From assembly GCA_046543235.1 (NCBI GenBank), contig JBKGZT010000004.1, positions 1 through 40,318 on the forward strand: DNA of 40,318 nucleotides. The letters run 5' to 3'. The translations under genes and the position numbers were made by a program. The stretch is from Candidatus Acetothermia bacterium (GTDB taxonomy: Bacteria; Bipolaricaulota; Bipolaricaulia; M55B111). The notes under the pieces were generated by a model, which saw only the letters and a list, made by a program, of their open reading frames with translations, was not told the origin of the DNA and made no database searches. Positions 34,562 to 40,318 of this stretch are shown here, piece by piece; the stretch's first letter is position 1, and each line of letters starts with the position of its first letter.

Positions 34562-36469
34562 TTAATCCTCGTAACCTTTCGTGATCGGATAGACGTAGGA
34601 CCAGGGGTCAGAGTACATCGGGTTGAAGGGGACGTTCTGTACCCAGGATCTCATTACCCTGTACCCTTCAGCCTGAGGCAGCCAGACGTCTATCGCGTCT
34701 TCCTTTGCCAGCTTCTGCAGTTCGTAGTAGATTTCCTTACGTTCCTGCTCATCCACCGTCTGCATGGCTTCTTCAATCAGCGGATCGTATTTTTCTCGAG
34801 CAAGTTCCCTCACGCTTTCACCCTGATAGCCGGACCAGGTACCGTCCGAAGCCATGAAGGGCGTGACGAAGTTATGCGGGTCGGGGAAGTCAGCAACCCA
34901 GCCAACCAGGAACAGCGGTGTCTTCTCCTCTACCATCATGTCCAGGTAAGTTGACCAATCGACGCTCCTGACGTTTATATCGAATTTATCGTTGAGGCTT
35001 TCGATATTTGACTCGAAGATATCGGCAGCCGTCTTCCTCGACTCGTTCCCGGAGTTATAGAGAATGGTAAACTCGAAACCTTCCTCCCAGAGTTCGCCGT
35101 CGTGAGCTTCTTTCAGCAGCTCTTCCGCCCTGTCCAGGTCGTGACTGGCCAGTTCCAGTTCTTCGTTGTAGTAGGGCTGCATGTTCTTCGGTACCGGACC
35201 ATTGGTTTTGTAGCCGTAGCCCTTGAGTACCTGTTCTATGAATGCCTCGTACTCGAAGGCGTACTTGAAGGCCTTCCTGACTTTGATGTCGTTGAAGAAG
35301 TTCGACGGAATGCCGTCACCCCAGCTACCGGAGCCAACGTACTCGTTGTCCTCGGTCTGCACGTCCTGGGTAAAGAAGGCGGCAGGGTTCATCTGAATCG
35401 TCGGCAGTCCGGTTTGAACGGTAATTCCCTCGGCCCCTTCGACCTGCTCCATGTACTGGAGCGGCATGTAGACCATGTCCGCTTCGCCGTTGACCAGCTC
35501 AAGTCGCCTGGTTCCCCATTCCTCAGTCTTTTGCAGGACGAAACTGTCCAGCTGAGCGGGCTCCCTCCAGTAGTCCTCGAAACTTGAAAAGACGGCTTCC
35601 TGGCCGGGTTCCCAGCGATCCAGCTTGAAGGGACCAGTTCCGTTGGCCACGTCATAGAGAGGGGAATCCTCTGCGGCCGAGCCTCCGCCGGGATTGTGGT
35701 ATTCGGGCCACGTTTCGGCAGTGCCGGGCCAGCCATCCTGTTCTTCCACCCATTCCTTATCCACTATCGCCGACCAGTAAGAACTGTGAGCCAAAATATT
35801 TAAGATCGGCGGATAGGGATCGGGTAAGTTTAGAATTACACTCTGCCCTTTGACTTCTACGGCTGGATCAATATAGGACTTAAAAGCCGCAGCCCGATCG
35901 GCGGAAGTAGTTTCGCTATATTCGTCTACTCCTGCAACGTCAGTGACCAGGTCCTTGATGCTACCGTAGCCGGTAAACGGTTCCAGCAACATCCAGCTGG
36001 GACCGCCGGACCTGTCCTGAATCATCGTCCGTTCCAGGGAGTATTCGACGTCCTCCGGGGTCAGTTCGTTCCCGTTGTGAAAGGTAACCCCTTCCCTGAT
36101 CGGGAACTCGTAAATTATCCCGCCATCCGGCGTCTCCCTGATCAGACCGTTTTCCGTAGTCGGAACCTCGGATGCCAGCATCGGCTCGTATTCGCTTACG
36201 CTGTAGTCATCCGGTTTTTTCTCGTCACCGTCAACTATTCCGTACGGATAACGAATGAGGTTTTCGTATACGTTGTTAATGATATTCCCGCTCGCGGTGT
36301 CGTAAGCGTAAGCAGGATCAAGAGTGTTTGCAGTTCCCGTAGCAATTGCGGTAAGCGTATCCGGGTTTTCTACTTCCGGCTCCTCCTGAGCCAGACCACC
36401 CACAAACAAAGATAGCAATAAAGACAGGCTAAGAGTTAATACCAATCCGCTTTTCCAGCGATAATTCAT
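34562..36469 (-). CDS. oppA: ABC transporter substrate-binding protein, family 5 (OppA/DppA)
   Basis: Signal peptide; TLDPA, YENL, IREGVTFHNG...DVEYS, GTGPFKL, VRKAF, GWVADFPDP. Confidence 0.9.
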   Translation of the reverse strand: MNYRWKSGLVLTLSLSLLLSLFVGGLAQEEPEVENPDTLTAIATGTANTLDPAYAYDTASGNIINNVYENLIRYPYGIVDGDEKKPDDYSVSEYEPMLASEVPTTENGLIRETPDGGIIYEFPIREGVTFHNGNELTPEDVEYSLERTMIQDRSGGPSWMLLEPFTGYGSIKDLVTDVAGVDEYSETTSADRAAAFKSYIDPAVEVKGQSVILNLPDPYPPILNILAHSSYWSAIVDKEWVEEQDGWPGTAETWPEYHNPGGGSAAEDSPLYDVANGTGPFKLDRWEPGQEAVFSSFEDYWREPAQLDSFVLQKTEEWGTRRLELVNGEADMVYMPLQYMEQVEGAEGITVQTGLPTIQMNPAAFFTQDVQTEDNEYVGSGSWGDGIPSNFFNDIKVRKAFKYAFEYEAFIEQVLKGYGYKTNGPVPKNMQPYYNEELELASHDLDRAEELLKEAHDGELWEEGFEFTILYNSGNESRKTAADIFESNIESLNDKFDINVRSVDWSTYLDMMVEEKTPLFLVGWVADFPDPHNFVTPFMASDGTWSGYQGESVRELAREKYDPLIEEAMQTVDEQERKEIYYELQKLAKEDAIDVWLPQAEGYRVMRSWVQNVPFNPMYSDPWSYVYPITKGYED

Positions 36470-36601
36470 AACTTATACCTCCTTAATTATAAATGGAGAA
36501 TTAAGTCCGAACCCTTGTGCTAACGAGCCAAACTTAAGGGTTTAACCGACTATTCAGGTCACCCCCCCTTTTAGACTATTTGCTTAACCATTAGTGATCT
36601 A

Positions 36602-36630
36602 ATTTTATTGGGGAGCATAATAATTTGCAA
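36602..36630 (-). promoter_or_regulatory. sigma70-type promoter for oppABC
   Basis: Minus strand TTGCAA-17 nt-TAAAAT, about 130 nt upstream of oppA. Confidence 0.65.
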
Positions 36631-36771
36631 CAAATAGGGCCTCCCGGGTTCTTCTTTAATCATCCTCCCTTCGCCTTTCGGAAATCTCCAAGGGGCCTTG
36701 AATTCACGAACGAACTCTCCCGAAGAAGAGTTTGTTCGGATTGGACCCCCGGATTGGTAATAGGGGAGCGG

Positions 36772-36800
36772 TTGAAAACCAACCGGGGTACCTGTACCAT
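36772..36800 (+). promoter_or_regulatory. sigma70-type promoter of hrcA-grpE-dnaK
   Basis: TTGAAA-17 nt-TACCAT immediately abutting the CIRCE element. Confidence 0.72.
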
Positions 36801-36827
36801 TTAGCAGTCTCAGGGTGTGAGTGCTAA
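36801..36827. promoter_or_regulatory. CIRCE element (HrcA operator)
   Basis: TTAGCAGTC-N9-GAGTGCTAA, one mismatch to TTAGCACTC-N9-GAGTGCTAA, 3 nt before the hrcA ATG. Confidence 0.95.
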
Positions 36828-36830
36828 TTC

Positions 36831-37856
36831 ATGAAAAACAGAAAGGAACTAATACTAAAAGAAATAGTAGACGGATACATCGCAACCGGAGAACCCGTTT
36901 CCTCCAGGTTGATACTCGACGAGTACGATCTGGACTATTCGTCCGCAACGGTTCGGAACGACATGCACGAACTCGAGGAGGAAGGGTATCTAAAGAAGCC
37001 CTACACCTCTGGCGGCAGGGTTCCAACCATAGAAGGATATCGTTACTTCGTCAGCTGGTTGCTGGAACTCTCGGAGCTATCGGGAGAAGAGCAGCAAGCG
37101 ATAGTCGAGGCCTACGAGTTCGAACAGCAAAACACGGAAAGGTTGTTGCGCAATACCGCGACGTTGCTGGCTAACATAACCGGCTACACCGGGTTCGTCC
37201 TCGGACCGGACCTGGAGGAGAGGAAAGTAAGGTACTTTACCATGACCCGGCTGGACAGGACCCACCTGATGGCAATTCTAGTCACGGACATCGGGCTCGT
37301 AGAGAACCGTGTAATAGAGTCGGAGAGAGAAATCACGGAAGGAGAGCTGGAAAAGATAGTTCCGTTGCTTTCGGATAAGCTGGAGGGGATGAGGCTAAAA
37401 GAGTTAAAAGACTTGAGGGACCTGAACCTGGACGAGGAAGGATGGTACGACAAGCTAACCCGGGATTCGTTTATGCTAATCCGTAACTTTCTCAAGGAGA
37501 GAACCCAGCGCAGGCTTTTCCTGGAAGGAACCCTAAACATCATCGGTAATGACTCGGAGAAAAACCAGGATCCGGACAAGCTTAAAAGGGTATTCAATTA
37601 CCTCCAGGAGGAGGAGCTGGCGAAGATAACGGAAGCCTGTAAGAAGGAAGACAACCAGATAAACGCGCTGGTAGGAATCAAGGGCCGGTCTGACGTGCTC
37701 CCTTACAGCCTGATAGTTAAAAGGCTAGCCAACTGTTCCAGCTCCCTGGGTGTTCTTGGGCCGGTAAACATGGATTACAGCAAGTCCTTTTCCACGGTCC
37801 AGTACATGGGAAGCAGGCTCGACACCCTTTTGACCGCCGGGAAGGACAAACAATGA
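36831..37856 (+). CDS. hrcA: Heat-inducible transcription repressor HrcA
   Basis: IL..IV..YI.TGEPVSS, SSATVRNDM..LE..GY, TSGGRVPT..GYR, LGVLGP..MDY. Confidence 0.95.
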   Translation: MKNRKELILKEIVDGYIATGEPVSSRLILDEYDLDYSSATVRNDMHELEEEGYLKKPYTSGGRVPTIEGYRYFVSWLLELSELSGEEQQAIVEAYEFEQQNTERLLRNTATLLANITGYTGFVLGPDLEERKVRYFTMTRLDRTHLMAILVTDIGLVENRVIESEREITEGELEKIVPLLSDKLEGMRLKELKDLRDLNLDEEGWYDKLTRDSFMLIRNFLKERTQRRLFLEGTLNIIGNDSEKNQDPDKLKRVFNYLQEEELAKITEACKKEDNQINALVGIKGRSDVLPYSLIVKRLANCSSSLGVLGPVNMDYSKSFSTVQYMGSRLDTLLTAGKDKQ

Positions 37857-37875
37857 TAGTATAGAGGTGATATAA

Positions 37876-38478
37876 ATGGAGGAAGAAACAAAGGAAAAAG
37901 AATACCAGGACCTAGAGGAAGGGAAATCAGAGGGGAGGAATTCAAGGGACGAAGGAAACGAAGCGGAAGAGGAGGAATTAGCTGAATTGAAGGAAGCGTT
38001 GGAAGAAAAGGACGATAAAATCGACAACTTGAAGGATAGGATACGTCATCTTAAGGCCGACTTCGATAACTACAAGAAGAGACAGGGGGACAAGACGGAC
38101 GAAAGGGTTGAGAAGGAAAAAGGTAAGCTAATCATGGATCTGGTACCAATATACGACAACCTGGACAGGGCGTTTAAGAGCTTCGAGAAGAACGGTGACG
38201 AGGAATCCTTTATCGAAGGAATCGAAAGGATTTACGCCCAGTTTGACGAATTCCTGGACAGACATGAGGTTGAGTTAATTCAGGCCGAAGGTGAGAAGTT
38301 CAACCCGAACGAACACGAAGCTCTCATGCGGGTCGAGTCCAAAGAGTACGAAGACAACGAGATTACGGAAGAATTCGAGAGAGGTTACAGGTACAAAAAC
38401 AAGGTCCTGAAACCGAGCAAAGTCAAGGTGAACGTAAGGCCGACTTCCGACGAGGGGGAAGGCGAAGATAAATCCTAA
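37876..38478 (+). CDS. grpE: Nucleotide exchange factor GrpE
   Basis: [25 protein letters not shown]...VLKPSKVKV. Confidence 0.95.
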   Translation: MEEETKEKEYQDLEEGKSEGRNSRDEGNEAEEEELAELKEALEEKDDKIDNLKDRIRHLKADFDNYKKRQGDKTDERVEKEKGKLIMDLVPIYDNLDRAFKSFEKNGDEESFIEGIERIYAQFDEFLDRHEVELIQAEGEKFNPNEHEALMRVESKEYEDNEITEEFERGYRYKNKVLKPSKVKVNVRPTSDEGEGEDKS

Positions 38479-38504
38479 AAGGTAAAATCAGGGAGGTAGA
38501 AAAA

Positions 38505-40318
38505 ATGGCTAAAGAAAAAATTATCGGAATAGATCTGGGAACTACCAATTCATGCGTGGCAGTGCTGGAAGGTGGCGATCCGGAGGTCATAACGAACTCC
38601 GACGGCAACAGAACCACTCCGTCGGTTGTCGCTTTTTCCGACGAAGGCGAACGGCTCGTCGGGGAAACCGCCAAAAGGCAGGCGATAACCAACCCGGAGA
38701 GGACCGTAGCCTCGATAAAGAGGAAGATGGGCGAAGACTACGAGGTAAAGATCTCGACCGACGGGAAAGAAGAGACCTACAACCCGGAGCAGATATCCTC
38801 CATGATCCTGCGAAAGATCAAGGAGGATGCCGAAGAAAGGATCGGTCGCGACGTCAACAAGGCGGTTATCACCGTCCCGGCTTATTTTAACGACAGTCAG
38901 CGCCAGGCGACAAAGGACGCGGGTAAGCTGGCGGGTCTAGAGGTAGAAAGGATAATCAACGAACCTACGGCAGCTTCGCTCGCATACGGTTTAAAGGACG
39001 AATCGGATCAGACAATCCTGGTCTACGACCTCGGAGGCGGAACCTTCGACGTCTCTATCCTCGAACTCGGCGACGGGGTATTTGAGGTAGTAGCCACTGA
39101 CGGAGACACGAAACTGGGTGGAGACGACTTCGATCAGAAGGTAATCGACTGGCTTGTGGAAAAGTTCGAGAGCCAGGAAGGAATAGACCTCTCCGAAGAC
39201 CCAAGCGCTCTCCAGCGGTTAAAGACCTCCGCGGAGGAAGCCAAGAAGGAACTCTCAAACCGGAAGGAAACGACGATCAACCTGCCTTACATCACGGCAG
39301 ACCAGAACGGACCAAAGCACCTCGAGGAGAAACTGACGCGTGCCAGGTTCGAAAGCATGATCGACGAGGAGATCTCACGGACGATGGACATACTGGAATC
39401 GGTCCTTTCGGAAGCCGGCATGACCAAGACCGACATAGATCAGGTCGTGCTGGTCGGCGGTTCGACTCGGATACCCAAAGTTCAAGAATTAATTGAGGAA
39501 CACGTCCCGGGTAAGGTAAACAAAGAGATCAACCCCGACGAAGTGGTCGCCAGAGGCGCCGCCATTCAGGGTGGAGTCCTGGCTGGCGAGGTAGACGATC
39601 TCGTATTGCTGGACGTCACGCCGCTTACTCTGGGAATAGAGACGCTGGGCGGGGTCACGACGCCGCTAATCGAGAAGAACACTACCATTCCTACGGAGAA
39701 ATCAAAAACCTTCTCCACGGCCGAGGACAACCAGACTACGGTCGACATCCATGTAGTCCAGGGTGAACGGAAGATGGCCAAGGACAACAAGAGCATCGGT
39801 CGCTTCCAGCTGACCGGAATTCCACCGGCACCAAGAGGTACGCCCCAAATCGACGTCAACTTCGAGATAGACGCGGACGGCATCCTCCACGTATCGGCCG
39901 AGGATAAGGGAACGGGCAAATCCGAATCGATCACGATCGAGGAACCCTCTCGCTTATCCGAAGAAGAAATCGAAGAAATGAAGAAGGAAGCCGAAAAACA
40001 CGAGGAAGAAGACAAACGTAAGGCCGAAAAGGTCGAAACGAAGAACAAGGCCGATCAGCTGATCTACTCGACCAGACAGAGCCTGGAGGAGTTCGGCGAT
40101 CAGATCGACGAAAGCACCAGGTCGGGAATAGAGGAAAAGATAGAAAACCTGCAGGAACTGGTCGACGAGGACGCGTCCAAAGAGAAGATCGAAGAAGGAA
40201 TCGAAGAACTAAATGAAGCCGCCCAGGAAATTGGCGAGACAGCATACGACGGAGCAGGCGGAGCTCAGGGCCCGGGCGGCGCAGCCGGACCAGGTGCAGG
40301 TGGACCCGGAGGACCAGG
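38505..40318 (+). CDS. dnaK: Chaperone DnaK (runs off the window end)
   Basis: Absent from the ORF track (no stop within the window). [63 protein letters not shown], and a Gly/Pro-rich tail; SD GGAGG. Confidence 0.97.
   Translation, partial: MAKEKIIGIDLGTTNSCVAVLEGGDPEVITNSDGNRTTPSVVAFSDEGERLVGETAKRQAITNPERTVASIKRKMGEDYEVKISTDGKEETYNPEQISSMILRKIKEDAEERIGRDVNKAVITVPAYFNDSQRQATKDAGKLAGLEVERIINEPTAASLAYGLKDESDQTILVYDLGGGTFDVSILELGDGVFEVVATDGDTKLGGDDFDQKVIDWLVEKFESQEGIDLSEDPSALQRLKTSAEEAKKELSNRKETTINLPYITADQNGPKHLEEKLTRARFESMIDEEISRTMDILESVLSEAGMTKTDIDQVVLVGGSTRIPKVQELIEEHVPGKVNKEINPDEVVARGAAIQGGVLAGEVDDLVLLDVTPLTLGIETLGGVTTPLIEKNTTIPTEKSKTFSTAEDNQTTVDIHVVQGERKMAKDNKSIGRFQLTGIPPAPRGTPQIDVNFEIDADGILHVSAEDKGTGKSESITIEEPSRLSEEEIEEMKKEAEKHEEEDKRKAEKVETKNKADQLIYSTRQSLEEFGDQIDESTRSGIEEKIENLQELVDEDASKEKIEEGIEELNEAAQEIGETAYDGAGGAQGPGGAAGPGAGGPGGP

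Noticed and set aside
40250-40318. GGA/CCA-rich quasi-repeats at the window end
   Set aside because: They encode the ordinary Gly/Pro/Ala low-complexity tail of DnaK.
1-40318. CRISPR arrays, IS elements, or prophage integration at tRNAs
   Set aside because: No repeat-spacer arrays, transposase or integrase ORFs, or duplicated tRNA 3' ends were seen.

Overview
A gene-dense, mostly minus-strand core-chromosome segment from an anaerobic bacterium with a visibly acidic (D/E-rich) proteome. Thermotoga-like NusG, L10 and DnaK, together with outer-membrane and periplasmic proteins, suggest a halophilic deep-branching lineage such as Ca. Bipolaricaulota/Acetothermia (inference only). In order, the window holds: tRNA-Pro with thymidine kinase; 2-oxoacid:ferredoxin oxidoreductase alpha/beta; an oxygen-defence cluster (Cys-rich protein, superoxide reductase, ferredoxin, flavodiiron FprA); phhB, metY, ggt, kptA, a GAF/fRMsr protein, PGI/PMI and manC; a 1313-aa predicted outer-membrane protein; priA, an MBL hydrolase and a Nudix hydrolase; the tRNA(Thr,Tyr,Thr)-tuf-rpmG-tRNA(Trp)-secE-nusG-rplKAJL-rpoB cluster; yjbQ, a CBS protein and an EF-G paralogue; an Opp/Dpp ABC transporter lacking its ATPases; and CIRCE-hrcA-grpE-dnaK (dnaK truncated by the window end). 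No mobile elements or CRISPR arrays were seen. The most notable observations are: a SprA(T9SS)-like barrel protein with an inserted beta-propeller; rpoB not followed by rpoC and carrying a remodelled rifampicin pocket; a PriA with all helicase motifs degenerate; NusG with a triple hybrid-motif insertion; a tdk start codon 3 nt after the tRNA CCA end; and a shared AAGTT-NN-AACTT palindrome at the korAB and fprA promoters.
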